64,000 nucleotides of DNA from Paraspadella gotoi (taxonomy: Eukaryota > Animalia > Chaetognatha): the NCBI GenBank assembly GCA_051294375.1, contig CM119271.1, forward strand, positions 3,555,488 to 3,619,487. The letters run 5' to 3'. Below the pieces are notes generated by a model. It did no database searches and was not told where the DNA came from. It saw only the letters and a program-made list of their open reading frames with translations. Of the stretch, positions 12,901-25,936 are shown one piece after another. The position numbers and the translations under genes are program-made. How positions within the stretch are numbered: position 1 is the first letter of the stretch; every line of letters begins with the position of its first letter.

Positions 12901-15900
12901 GCCCCTCTGACGGTCGAAGGAAGGAATAATGAACTTTGTGCCTGGACGCTGGGAAGAGGAATGGAATTCGTCGCTGCGACGACGACGACGACGACGACGA
13001 CGAACAAAGCGGGAGCAGAATTGGACGAGGCGTCGCGGGAGACGACGAAAGGACACGACGTTTTCTCTTATCCCTCTTTTTATCCGCCAGAGGGCCAAGG
13101 GATTCTTCGATCCCTGCGGCGACGGTAGCGTCGCAGCGGCGGCGACGAAGCGGACGCTGCTTCCGTTGGAATTTCGCTTCTCTCGCCATGGCGGTTCGTT
13201 TTTCCGCTTCTCGTCCCGCTGTTCGCCGCCGTCGCTTCTCGTTTTTTTTTCCGCTGCCACGAGGTTCTCCGCGTTTTTTCTGCAACGTTGATATCGTCGT
13301 CGTCGTCGTCGTCGTCGACGCTGGCGTAGGAGGAAGAAGTTCGATCCTGGGAAGGCGCGATCTTCGTATCGACGCTCGATGAGTTCGTCGGGATCGTTTG
13401 TGCAAATGACGACGTCGTCTGCTCCGTCCGCTTTTGTTGCTCGTTCGATTTCGGTCGTGGTCGTCGTCGCTTTCTTCGCTGCTGCATCGGCGGAAGTGGA
13501 TACTGATGGAGCTGTTGTCGGCAAGGGTCGTCGCTGTCGTCGGAAAAGTCGTTAACAGGTCGCGTTCGTTTTCTTCGCGAATCTCTTTGTCGTTGTGTCG
13601 TCGTCGCGTCCACGAAGAGGAGGAAGGGAATCCGGCGGAGGAAGTTGACGAGGAAATAGAAGACGACGACGAGGATGGAGAAGGTGGAAGGGAGGAGATG
13701 AGGAGCCGAGGAGGAGGCGGGGGAGTCCGGAGTCTGGATGTGAATCGTGAAAAAAGATAAAAGATTATTTAAATGATTACTTTTTAAAAATAATATGTAT
13801 GCAGAATCAATATTTAATGAACGAATGAATTAATGAGAGAAGGGATGCGTGAATTATTGAATGAATTGACCAACGACAAGGTTTTTACACGCGTTATAGA
13901 TAAAATAATAAATGAATAAAGAATGTATATGTATAATGTTGATGCTTTCCCAGGTGAACGAAAGAAGGAAATGAATTAAATCAATTAATTAATATTTAAA
14001 TAAATTAGGAAAATTTTACCGAAGCCGGTGAATTTGGATACTATGGCGGGTGTTCAATGGTTGTCGCTGCGCTGTCGGTCGTCGTCGTCGTCGTCTGTAA
14101 TCGTCGTCGTCGTAATCGTCCGTCGTGGTCGTCGCGATAAGGGCCCAAGGCGGCGGTCGTCGATTCGGTCGTCAGGTACATCTCCGCGATGGCTTGGGGC
14201 TGAAAGCCCTTTGGGGATCTGGAAGATGAGGAGCGAGGGAAAGGGGTCGTTTAAGCACATGTTCGAGCGAGGGATTAGGAACGTTCTAATTGGGATTTAG
14301 GCTAGAAACGACGCGACGATATGAATTATTAGGTCAATAAATACTGTAATGCTGTAAAACAAGTGGGAAGGAGTTTGATTGAAAGCTCGCAGGGACCTGC
14401 TATGTCATTATCTTGTAAGAGTGATGGAGGCCTTAAACCACCAAAGCCTGTCCAAAGTCAGGAGGGCAAGATAGCTTATTTATTTAATGAATGGATAATT
14501 TTTTATATTGGTTGTACAATTTCATTACAACCAATATACAATATAAACGTTGCAGTCGACTTACCTCACGTAGTTTCGGTCGTACCTCTCCGCGGCGGGG
14601 CGCTCGGTAGGGAGCAGTTTATCTCAGTCTCGCCCCTCGGAACGTAGTAAGCAAGATTCGTCTCTGAAAAAAAATTTCAAGGGAGTCGCGGGTGTTGGAG
14701 GGTGGTTGTTATTGTGGAGTCTAAAGCGGTTGAGTGGAGATCGTTAAATGAGGGAAAAGGTAAAAGGGGAAGGCTTAAAATTTTAGTTAAAATGAAGCTT
14801 TCTTGAGTATTTTTAGTTGCGAGAAATCTGCATGTGGTTGCCTGGACGAGGAATTTTTTTTGTGGTTGATCAATATCATCCTTATTAACCTTATTTAGAA
14901 TATAGGCTGTTTGTTTAGTATAAGCCATTGTTTCACTCTGAAATAATTTTGGAACTGTTTTTCAATATGTGCCGAAAGTCCGTGAAAAACCAAAATCTTT
15001 TGCGATAAAATTAATATAAAAAATATTTTAGTAAGTTTTTAGTGGCTAACTTTGTTTCAATTTGATCTTCATCGCAAAAGAAAAAAAATATTCATGTTTC
15101 TCAAAGCGCTGTAAAGTAAACATGGCGTTAAGAAATTAAGAAAAAAAATTAAGCCAGGTAGTTTTGGGTGGTTCTTAAAATTATTCAAATAAAGTCGCCT
15201 AATTGTACATTCATGCAAGTGTAGATCGAAAATAAACTCGTAAATATTTTATTGAAGATGCCGTTTAATATTTTAGAAAATCTTTATGAAAACATCTCCT
15301 TCAAGTAAAGTAATTAAGTATATATACCATCTTCATGACAATCTGAGTAAAAGTTTATCATTCAATGAGCCACCTTTTTCGTTTTGGGTTTATTCCAAAA
15401 TCTCGAACATACACAAACTCCCGCTACAGTAAAAAAAAAAAACGAGTGTCGGAAACAAACAAAAAAACAAACATTTGTTCTTTACATTATGTCAGGAAAG
15501 TTACGATTTGTAACAACATTTAATAATTTCATGATCCTACACAATTGCATTAACCTTTGCATTTAGAAGAAAATTTGGAGTGGCGAAACCTTTAGTAAAA
15601 TCTCCCACGACCCCGTAACTCATCCGCTCACTATATCTTCATTACGACGCCATCTTCCACTGGCTTCTCTCGCCCATACTCAACTTCTCGACCCCCTCCT
15701 TACCGACCCTCTAGACGAGCATCCCCCCCAACCCGTCCCACTCCTCACCATCTCACCTCTCGTCTTCGACGCATTTGAGGTGACATTTCCGGTAGCAGTG
15801 ATCTGGGACGTCGTAGTCATCTTTCCCCTTGGTGACGCAGCCTTCCGGCGTCGCGCCAGTCGTCGGCGGCGGCGTCGGCTGCGGCGTCGGCTGCGTTGAC

Positions 15901-17212
15901 GGCGCGGAGACGTCGATGCGCGGAGGAGCGGTCCCTCGGCGCTTGATCGAGGGTCGGGTCTGTTTTGTTTTTTTTTTCGAAAGGGAATCGTAAAAAAAAT
16001 CTTCTCGTCTCCTTTTCTTTTTAGGTATCTTTTTTTTTTCCTGGTTTTTTTAACACATTTACCTTACTTTCATACTCGATATATGTACTATATTTTACTG
16101 CTTAATCTTTTTAGGTAATTTTGTTTATTTCCTCTCTTATTTTTTTAACTAATGCTTACTTAATTTTCCCCCCCTTTTTCTTCATTTTATCCTTTTCTTT
16201 TTTGCTTGCACGTTAACCACGTTCTTCCTCTCCTTATCGCTTTTCTTTCCTCTTCCCCTTTTTTTTTTCCTTTTCCTCCTTTTCTCCGGTTTTCATTCTC
16301 TTTTTTTTTTTCTCTTCAATTTTTTTCCCCTCGCTCCAGTTTGAGACCTGTCATCCGTACGGAGAAAAAAAAAACGCGTCGTTTATCTTAGCGACGATGG
16401 TTTTTGTTTGTTTGTTTGTCTAGTTCATTCGTGGCTTTGTTTAATTTAATAATATTTTCGATCTGTATCCTTGATTAAATATAGAAAAGCGGTGTCAATA
16501 TTATAACCAATTTCGAAGTAAAAACTATTTTCGAAGTTTACAGTTGCTACGTAACTTTTGCAGTCTTCGTTCCTCTCTCCTTACCCGTGCAGAGAAACAT
16601 GGGCTGTCCGGCGAACTGTATAGACTGTTGTGGATGCCAGATAAGGGCATCTCTGAAGGACGACTTCGCCAAAAAGCCAGACAGGGTTTGACTCGGCGCC
16701 TCTCTTGGAAGAAGGGGCACCGTCGTCGCGCACAGCCAATTCCTTGTAGGCGGCCTGTGTGGAGAGGAATAAAAGAATGACTCGGTTATAAACATATACA
16801 TATTATACATATACATAACATATTATACATATTTTCCATTTGCTTTTTTTTTAAGGTTTCGTTGTTGCCCGTTGTGTTGCTATTCTATTGTTTTAACTAG
16901 TCTCGACCATTGCGCTCTCTATGTGGGTTGATATTAAATAAATGCTAATATGCAATTATGCCGTGATATATATTATCGATAATATAAAATAAGTAAATAC
17001 TAATGAGAAATGCAAACCGTCACTTGCGCGCGAGTATGCGTTGTATTTTTTCAAGGGGAATGAGAAAAAAATAAATGAGAAAAGAAAAAAAGCATAAAAA
17101 TGGCGAAACCTAATCGAGTCTCGATATTTATTTTTTCTTAGGAAAGAAATTTGATTGTTCTTTTTTTTATACCCGCACAGTGACGTCACCGGCGACGCGT
17201 TGACACGAAGGC

Positions 17213-17265
<53 letters not shown>

Positions 17266-17351
17266 GAAGGAGGGGGGAAAATGCAAAAAATGGAATGTGA
17301 CTCTCCGAACGGCTATAAACTGGAGAAGTTACAAAATCGATAACATTTGCT

Positions 17352-17434
<83 letters not shown>

Positions 17435-17598
17435 GCGCGCTATCGTTTTCCCCGCTGTCAGGTTGAAACGTTAACAATAGGAAAAGGATATCCGGTCGAG
17501 GCCAGTGCTTATCCCCGGAGACAGTCCTTGAGCCTTACACTTCTCGGAATCGTGGCCACCTCGGCCCCCCGATTTAATGGAGAGAGAAAGAAGGAGAG

Positions 17599-17629
<31 letters not shown>

Positions 17630-17630
17630 C

Positions 17631-17688
<58 letters not shown>

Positions 17689-17804
17689 GGGGGGGGCAAA
17701 CAAAGTCGGCGACTCAACTCTAATCCCAGGTTTTTTGTGGTGAGATTTTTTTTCTGCTTCTTGAGTTGTTCGATCAACGTTGCCAGTCAATCAGACGCCT
17801 CTCT

Positions 17805-17858
<54 letters not shown>

Positions 17859-18414
17859 TCCAGCAATTTCCTGCTGTCTTCTTTTCCGCTGGTATTGATG
17901 ATGTCAAAGGTCGCGTTGTTGCTTCTCCACTTCCTCGATTTTTTTCATGCGTTGGATTTTTAATGAGGCCGACGTCAAAACGATCGCTAACAAACAAACT
18001 ATTTTTTAAATTTTAATGGTCATTTTTCATTTAAATACTGAGTGGAGTAGAAGTTAGAATATCATGAAGTTTGTAAACAACACGATGACGTCCTAAGTCT
18101 AAACTGCGCGACCAAAAGCCGCCATTTTTCAAACGCGCAATATAAAAGAAAAGCAAGACCTACATTTTCTTTTCCCCCAAGATTTCGAAAAAAACACGAA
18201 ATTTGGTATGAAAGCGTATCTTATCTCTCTCTCTCTCTGTCTTTTTCCCCGTTTTTTTTTTCTCTCTCTGTCTCTTCCCTGTGCTTTTCTCTTCCCGATC
18301 GAGACCTTCTCTTTTTCAATACATCTCGATTTTTGATTTGATTTTTTTTTACATTTATAAGAAAACTTCTTGGAGGAAGATCCGGCAATTCTGTCCGGGA
18401 CGACACGCCATCCG

Positions 18415-18440
<26 letters not shown>
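9935..18440. repeat. 8.5-kb block, copy 2 (indel-rich; probable long-read gap-fill artefact)
   Basis: Starts immediately after exactly 25 N (9910-9934) and differs from copy 1 mostly by scattered 1-2 nt indels. Confidence 0.9.
12126..16754 (-). pseudogene. Frameshifted duplicate of the five 3' NALF exons (artefact or pseudogene)
   Basis: Same exons as 3661-8221 but broken by indels, e.g. WLCATTVP and HPQQSIQFAGQPMFLCT separated by frameshifts at ~16590-16754. Confidence 0.75.
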
Positions 18441-18477
<37 letters not shown>

Positions 18478-19619
18478 CTCTCTTCCCTCTCATCTCTCAT
18501 CTCTCGTCTCTCTCTCTCTCTCGCTGACAACAGCATTCTGTTTCAAATCCCGGACGTTTTCCCTCGTCACCGTCCGACCGCGGAGACGGAGTTCAGCCGT
18601 TGCCCGAAAAGTCAAATAGATTTAAAAAAAAAGGTAACGTCAAAAATATATATTTATTTTACAGATATGAAATAAAAAAATGAAATTAATGATAAAGTAT
18701 ATATAAAGTATAACTTTATAAAAATCTAGAATTTCTTTCCTCAAAACGATCCGAGAATATATTGTATATTTCCAAATTCTCAACCGAAAATAGCATCCGT
18801 TTTTTGTTTCCACTCAACTTAACCCTCAGCAGTCGGCATCTTAACTTATCCGCGGGAATCCGAAGAGACTCTTTTTTTTTTCCTCTCTCACAACGACGAC
18901 GAAGACGACTTTTCCAGTTATTCGTTTCTCTCAATCTTAACCATCTGACGAATGTACTTCCATTTTTTTCTCCCCAGCGCCCCTCGTGGCTAAAAGTGGA
19001 ATCACGGGGAAACAAGGACGCGACCACATTTCGCGGAACTTAAAAGGGTTTCGCGATTTGACCGGAGAAAAAAAAAAGGGTCTATCTCACCGAAACGTTG
19101 GACGAATGTGAATCGTGTTGTCTGGGATCAATATTTTTGGTTCGTAAGCATAAATAGTAATATTGTAGCTCTTATTCTCGAAAGGATGTTTTAAGTAATT
19201 TATGTAATAATAACCGTGGTCCATGGGTTTCTAGATATTTCCATTTAATCTTATATGCGCATTGAGTAATACCGAATACCCAGTCTGAGCAAGATAATTG
19301 GAAATACGGCTGCTATTCGAGGTGAGACATTCTGGCGCCCCAATGTGCCCAAGAGAATTCTGACAGTTTAGCCTCTTGCGCCAGCCGTGCTCCGAAACTT
19401 TGTTATAGCTTTTTATCACAATTTTATCAGTACTTTGTGATAAATGCATCGTTATTTAATCGGAATCTTCGTTAAAAGACCAAACTGGGGAAAGGAATCG
19501 TCCCAAGAGGAAGAATGAATGAATGAATGAAAAGAAGAAAGAAAAAAAAAGGGGAAAAGAAAGAGATAGAGAAAAAGGAGCTCTTTAGTCCCCGTAGGAG
19601 TCGTCCGCAGGGTAGGTGA

Positions 19620-19755
<136 letters not shown>

Positions 19756-19824
19756 GAAAGTGATGAGAGTGGCCTCGAAGGAATCGGCACGTGTCATTAA
19801 CGAGCTTTGAAAGAATGACTCTTG

Positions 19825-19858
<34 letters not shown>

Positions 19859-20099
19859 TGTCTTCTCTTCTCCCTATCAGCCTCCTTCGTCTTCATTCGT
19901 CGTCGTCGTCGTCGTCGCTTGGTTGTTTTTTTTCTTCTCTCTCTCTCTCTCTCTCAGTCACGCAGCGATGGGCGTTCGAGTCGGACCTCGGAGGGATACA
20001 GAGCGTTCGTCAGTCACCACGCAAGACGCGGGGCCCGTGACGGTGTGACGTGACCGGAAGATGACGGAGCGTTTCTCTCGGAGAAGCATCGTTTGGCTT

Positions 20100-20250
20100 C
20101 TTCGCCCTGTGAACTGTTTCTTTGCCCTTTGAACCGTTTTTTTCCCTTTGAACTGCTTATTTACCATTTTAACTGCTTCTTGGCTATTTCAACAGGTTCT
20201 CTGCTCTTCGAACTGCTTCCTTGCCCTTTGACCTGTTTCTTTGCCCTTCT
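20100..20250. repeat. Degenerate ~20-bp minisatellite (AACTGTTTCTTTGCCCTTTG), about 7-8 units
   Basis: Repeated aactg(t/c)tt...c(c/t)tt(t/c)g units visible. Confidence 0.7.
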
Positions 20251-20799
20251 TTGCCCTGTGCCCATGACCTAATCAGGGGCTCTTGCCTCAGTAGATGGAC
20301 CGCGTATCCAGTATTCAGCGACGCGCCATTTTGGGCAGTGGGTGACCGGGTGACCCGTAGATTTTGCTTGTCGAGTTTTTCAAATTTAATACTAGGAACT
20401 TTGATATTTAGACCCTTCCCTCACTAAAGCAAATTCGTCCGACAGACATCTCAAATAGATGCGCCATGAACCATCACCAAGCCTCCTAACCCGTCGAAAG
20501 AGCATTGGACCGCGGCTTATTAAGCGAAGCCAAGTCTAGAGGCGCTGACATCTTTGCCGACACTCGAGAAACGAGTTGGACTCTTTGGATCGAATTATTC
20601 ACCTCACGAAGATAGAGAGAGAGTCAGAGAGAGAGAAAGAGAGGGAAAGAGAGAGAGAGCGCCAATGGGAGAAAAAGATAGAAAACGCGCGGCCATTTTG
20701 GAAGAAAAAAAAAATTGGTTCAGACATTTTTTTTCCCCGCCTTCTGCTTTGGCGCGTTTTGGCCGTTGTTTTCATCATCGCATCTTCTATCGTTTTGAT

Positions 20800-21017
20800 A
20801 TGAAATTGGTACAACCAATATAAAAATTGTTCATTCATTTAATAAATAAGCTATCTCGTCCCTGACTTTGGACAGGCTATGGTGGTTTATGGCCTTTATC
20901 ACTCTCACAAGATAATGACATAGCAGGTCCCTGCAAGCTTTCAATCAGGACTCACGGTCTTGTTTATTCAATCCCAGAGTACCTGGTTTCTCCTATCAAT
21001 GAAGTGGTATAATATTT
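20800..21017. mobile_element. Longest copy of the unclassified interspersed repeat family
   Basis: Related copies at 5841-6008, ~14355-14526, 45759-45971 and 51110-51215; terminal fragments at 1553-1576 and 23032-23050. Confidence 0.8.
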
Positions 21018-21674
21018 TCTCATTTCCGACGATCCGATGGTTTTCTTCGATTCTCCGCCCTTCATAAAAGTGCCAAGATTCTCTGTTTCCTTCCATCCAT
21101 CCGTATTTCTTTATTTATCTTTCTCTCTCCCCCCCNNNNNNNNNNNNNNNNNNNNNNNNNNNNNNNNNNNNNNNNNNNNNNNNNNNNNNNNNNNNNNNNN
21201 NNNNNNNNNNNNNNNNNNNNNNNNNNNNNNNNNNNNNNNNNNNNNNNNNNNNNNNNNNNNNNNNNNNNNNNNNNNNNNNNNNNNNNNNNNNNNNNNNNNN
21301 NNNNNNNNNNNNNNNNNNNNNNNNNNNNNNNNNNNNNNNNNNNNNNNNNNNNNNNNNNNNNNNNNNNNNNNNNNNNNNNNNNNNNNNNNNNNNNNNNNNN
21401 NNNNNNNNNNNNNNNNNNNNNNNNNNNNNNNNNNNNNNNNNNNNNNNNNNNNNNNNNNNNNNNNNNNNNNNNNNNNNNNNNNNNNNNNNNNNNNNNNNNN
21501 NNNNNNNNNNNNNNNNNNNNNNNNNNNNNNNNNNNNNNNNNNNNNNNNNNNNNNNNNNNNNNNNNNNNNNNNNNNNNNNNNNNNNNNNNNNNNNNNNNNN
21601 NNNNNNNNNNNNNNNNNNNNNNNNNNNNNNNNNNNNNNNNNNNNNNNNNNNNNNNNNNNNNNNNAATCCCGCAG

Positions 21675-21777
21675 ATATGCCCCGTCCGATTGGTTTTCCT
21701 CCAACAACAACAACTTCAACCTTTCACACGTTCATCGATCTCAGGCGGAGAGGATCAGAGCGGATTCGTGGCAGCTG
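21675..21777 (+). CDS. Tektin-3/5-type, first visible exon (5' exons in the gap or upstream)
   Basis: CGCAG|...|GTAAGA: (R)YAPSDWFSSNNNNFNLSHVHRSQAERIRADSWQL, matching the tektin-3 RYTPDDWYRSN motif. Confidence 0.85.
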
Positions 21778-21784
21778 GTAAGAT

Positions 21785-21915
21785 AACAGGCGGGAGAATT
21801 GTTGACAGCTGATGGGACAACAGGCGGGAGAATTGTGGACAGCTGATGGGACAACAGGCGGGAGAATTGTGGGAAGCTGAAGGGACAACAGGCGGGAGAA
21901 TTGTGGACAGCTGAT
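21785..21915. repeat. 34-bp minisatellite, ~3.9 copies, in a tektin intron
   Basis: Unit AACAGGCGGGAGAATTGTGGACAGCTGATGGGAC. Confidence 0.9.
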
Positions 21916-22035
21916 AATTTAAACACGACTTGCGTAAAAATGAATTCATCCAAATCGAGAATTTTTTTGGGATCATTATTTTTGATTAAATTATTAATTA
22001 CTACTTTTCTACTCCTCATCTTCTCATCTCCCCAG

Positions 22036-22179
22036 GTCCAAAACACCAACTCTCTCGCGCGAAACCGTCAAACCGACTCGACGCTCCGGTTGGGCCAACG
22101 CGCAGCAGACATTGGGTTTTGGCGATCGGAGCTCAACAACGAAATAGGCGCAATGGAATCGGAAATTCGGGATCTATCG
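22036..22179 (+). CDS. Tektin-3/5-type exon
   Basis: VQNTNSLARNRQTDSTLRLGQRAADIGFWRSELNNEIGAMESEIRDLS; AG/GT, phase 0/0; tektin LGERxxDIxFWKSEL motif. Confidence 0.93.
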
Positions 22180-22218
22180 GTAACACATTTTTTTTTTTAG
22201 TTTTCGCTATTTATTTAT

Positions 22219-22281
<63 letters not shown>

Positions 22282-23001
22282 AAATCACAAAATGGATTTT
22301 CAATTTATATGGTGTCGTGTCATCATATTCATAAAACGTTTGATTATAAAAAATTTTCAGCGATTTAAATCGGAAATCTCATTTACATATTGCAGCAAAT
22401 CGTGTAATACCAAACGTAATTTTTCCTTACAGTAATTTATTTTAGGAACCTAATTGCAGGGCTATTATTAAAAAACGTTCGGTTTTATGTTTATAAATTT
22501 TTGATTGCAATTTTTTTAAGTAGTCGACGAATAAAATGGAACCTAATTTATTTTTTTTGGTTATATATAGAATGGAATCTATAAATTACTATCCTCAACC
22601 TCGAGTTAGAGAGATGATTTTATTCTTCAACATTCATACTATCTGTATGAAAATTTTAAAGCCGGTATCGGCTCATAAGTTATATCTTAAACTCGGAGAT
22701 GAAACATCCGAGGAGTTCTCTGGCTTCTTTTATCATAATCATTTTAATTAGATTAATAGTTTAAAAATAATTTTGCGTTAAACTTTGCAAAATTAGGATA
22801 ATTTATATATTATAAAACCTTTTAATCTTGAATTGATATTAATCAAAATATTTATTTGCATGTTGCAGCAAATAGTGTAATACTACGTAATAATGAAGTT
22901 TCATTTTAGTTTACAAAGTTTAAAACAAAATTGAGGCGGTACCTATAATCAGTTTTATATTTTATCTACGTACGATTTGTTTTCATTTTTATTGAAAATA
23001 T

Positions 23002-23033
<32 letters not shown>

Positions 23034-23288
23034 GGTTGTACCAATTTCATAAAAGTTTTTTCAATTCTTTGTATTTTTTAGTAATCTCATTTATAAGTAG
23101 GGAAGAATTAGTAGAAATCACGAACTCGCATATTTATTCTCATACTAAAACATACATATCTTATATGCACATTTTGAAGCCATTCGAGGCTTGACCTTAT
23201 AGTCTATAGATTCGCAGTTTAATAACTTGAAGAGGCTGGTTTTACAGGGCGCCACACCCGCAGCGGTGTCACCTCGTGGCGACAGCGA

Positions 23289-23922
23289 GACAGCATGTTC
23301 ATTAGGGTGAAGTGAAAGTTTGGAATCAAAATTTAACAGTTATATCTTGAAAACTATCATATTAATAAATACTAATCTGTAGTTATTTTTTTTTACTAAT
23401 ATAGTAGCCCAGTCAGCTTATTTTGTATATAGTACTACCCTTATATAATATTAAAATTTTTAAATATTTTTTTTTAATTTTGAGAACAGATTCAGATTCC
23501 TCGTTAAAATTTATAAAAGAAAATATAAACCCTTTTTAAAAATTATGTTATTAAGTAAGTTAAAATTATAAAAAACTATATTTTTAAACCGGAAATTGAA
23601 AATCAGCATCTTAAATATAGTTTTTTACAATTTTAACCAATTTAATGAAATAATTTTTAAAAAAGAATTATACTTTCTTATGTTAACTTTTTGCAAGGAA
23701 TCCAAATCCGATCTTAAAATTTTAAAATTTGCAATTTGAAATTTTAGCCTATTATACTTAATACTATATATAAATATAGCTCACTGGGGCCCACCTATGT
23801 ATAAAATTTAAAAATAAATTTACCAAAATATTTTCATTAATTTTTATTATTATGTTTTATATGCTAACTTTTAATTTTCTAAAATTTTATCATTTTTACA
23901 TCACTCTAATGTTCATGTAGTC
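23289..23922. mobile_element. Degenerate foldback/MITE-like palindromic element (~630 bp)
   Basis: Left end GACAGCATGTTCATTAGGGTGA vs reverse complement of right end GACTACATGAACATTAGAGTGA. Internal mirrored blocks (GCCCAGTCAGCT / AGCTCACTGGGGC; GATTCAGATTCC / GGAATCCAAATC). Confidence 0.7.
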
Positions 23923-24060
23923 CAGAGGTTTGGATCTGGCAATAGGACCATGCCTACAGGCGGGTTACCCGGTCCATCCCACTTTCTACATGACAACCTC
24001 AAGGCTCGAACAAGGGACTCACATTGGGATGGTGAATTAGTCCACTGAGCCACTGAGGGG
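23923..24060 (-). mobile_element. tRNA-derived SINE-like head
   Basis: Minus strand has a Pol III A box TGGCTCAGTGG (24042-24052) and B box GTTCGAGCC (24003-24011) 30 nt apart. No complete cloverleaf. Confidence 0.55.
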
Positions 24061-24297
24061 TTGCGAAAGAAACAGCTTTAATCCATCTGTGGTGATAGGA
24101 CCACCAGAACTTAGCAATTAGTAATATACGGACAAACCTTTATCAAGAACATTTCGGCTTTCAATTGAACAGACAGGAGCTCAAGAAGAGAAATCAGTGT
24201 GTGTTGTCATCCAAGTTCACTAATAAAAAGCAACTCGTCTTCGACTGGAAGCTGTGGTCAGCAATTGGGCAGCCATTCAGTCACTTCCACCTCTCTT

Positions 24298-24374
<77 letters not shown>

Positions 24375-24610
24375 GTCTTTTTTCTCACGAGCTCGCAGTA
24401 TTTTTCTTCTCCTTTCTCTCTCCTTTTCAACTTTCTATTTTAAAATCCTCTCCTCGCCCGCCCCCCCCCCGCCCCCCTTTACCACAATTTAGGCGAAAAA
24501 AAATGTTTATCTTGTTTTGTTCAATCGATTGTTTCATCAACAATCGTTCAGCTTTTGATTGTTGGCTTCGAACGATTGAGGCGTTTAAATGAGAAGGAAG
24601 ACCCGAGTTG

Positions 24611-24679
<69 letters not shown>

Positions 24680-24799
24680 TAACACCATTTTCTAAAGCGG
24701 TTTCACCATAAAACAACTTCTTAAATTCCCACATGCCAAAAATGTTTTCCGACGAACGATTTACCAACCGATCCACTCGAACGTGTTTTTTCATTTCAG

Positions 24800-24904
24800 G
24801 AACACAAGCGCGTGCTGGAGAAGGCGTTCGCCGACACTCGCGGACCGATGCAAGTGGCGAGCGAATGTCTTTTGCATCGCGAGAACCGGCTGGGAATCGA
24901 TATG
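24800..24904 (+). CDS. Tektin-3/5-type exon
   Basis: EHKRVLEKAFADTRGPMQVASECLLHRENRLGIDM; tektin ECLxxRExRxGIDLVHD motif; phase 0/0. Confidence 0.95.
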
Positions 24905-25535
24905 GTAATTCGGTAAACAAAAAGAGAACCGTTTTGAATAGAGAGAAAAAAAAAAAAGAAAAAAAAAAGTAAACAACGGAAGAACGGTAGTGGTGGTGAC
25001 GGTTAGCCTTGGAGATTTGAAATCGAAACCCGAGACAGGCCAATCGCCTGGAAACTACGGACCGGTGCTTCATCGGGCCTGGATGAGAATCCCAAGAACT
25101 CGGCTTTCTTGGCCAAGGGGTTTTATTGGTGCCCTTAACGACTAGCGTCCGGTGGTGCGGCGTAATTAGTAATTACATTTAACAAAATAATTTTACCTCC
25201 TAAAAAACGTGTGTGAAACCCACGCGCATGCGATCCTTCTCATTTTCCTACGTTTGTTTTTAGTTGCACTTTTCGGTCGGTCTGTCTGTCGGTATGTCTG
25301 TCTGTCCCACTTACGTTAAAAATGCATATATTTTGCTCTTAGTTGGTTGCTCATTTGTTAAGAAAGAAAAAAACCTCTAATCAAAGGGACTGCTAGCGCC
25401 GCCTTCAGAAATTCCTAAAACTATAAGGATTAAAATACGAAATTTTGATGCAGTGCTTGTCATAAATAAAAGGGCAAAAAATAATTGGAATTACCGTTCT
25501 TGTTTATTTTTTGTTTTGTTTTGTTTTTTCTTCAG

Positions 25536-25648
25536 GTTCACGACGGGGTGGAGAGGAACCTGATCAAAGAAGCGACGGTGATCAAACAGAGTCAAGACAG
25601 AATGAGAGATGTCCTGCAAGCGACCAACGTTCAGCTACGACTCAACCG
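25536..25648 (+). CDS. Tektin-3/5-type exon
   Basis: VHDGVERNLIKEATVIKQSQDRMRDVLQATNVQLRLNR; phase 0/2. Confidence 0.93.
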
Positions 25649-25870
25649 GTAAAAAAAAAAAATATCGGGTTAATTATAGCGTAAGCATCATTGTTACAAA
25701 AGGACATTTCTATTCTCTGTTGAGAGCTAGATTTTTCCCAGTATTGTTTAAGCTCGATAAGATGTTACATACATGTAACAGAGATCTTCCGAGTTTAAGA
25801 ATATCACGTGAACTATCCGAGCTTGACAATAAAGCTTGATAAAGAGCTTATTATATCCTTTTTATCTCAG

Positions 25871-25936
25871 ACAAGCGCAGCATCAGATGGAAAAAGACGC
25901 GAGAGACAAACAGTCAGCCTACGCGTTGGACGACAG
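25871..25936 (+). CDS. Tektin-3/5-type exon
   Basis: QAQHQMEKDARDKQSAYALDDR; phase 2/2. Confidence 0.92.

Noticed and set aside
19958-20042. Possible tektin first exon MGVRVGPRRDTERSSVTTQDAGPVT
   Set aside because: Plausible splice signals but no recognisable homology, and it cannot be linked across the N gap; left uncalled.
21785-21915. CRISPR-like appearance of the 34-bp repeats
   Set aside because: Units are contiguous with no unique spacers, in a eukaryotic intron, with no cas genes.
23995-24060. Functional tRNA gene
   Set aside because: A and B boxes are present but the acceptor and anticodon stems do not pair; treated as SINE-like.
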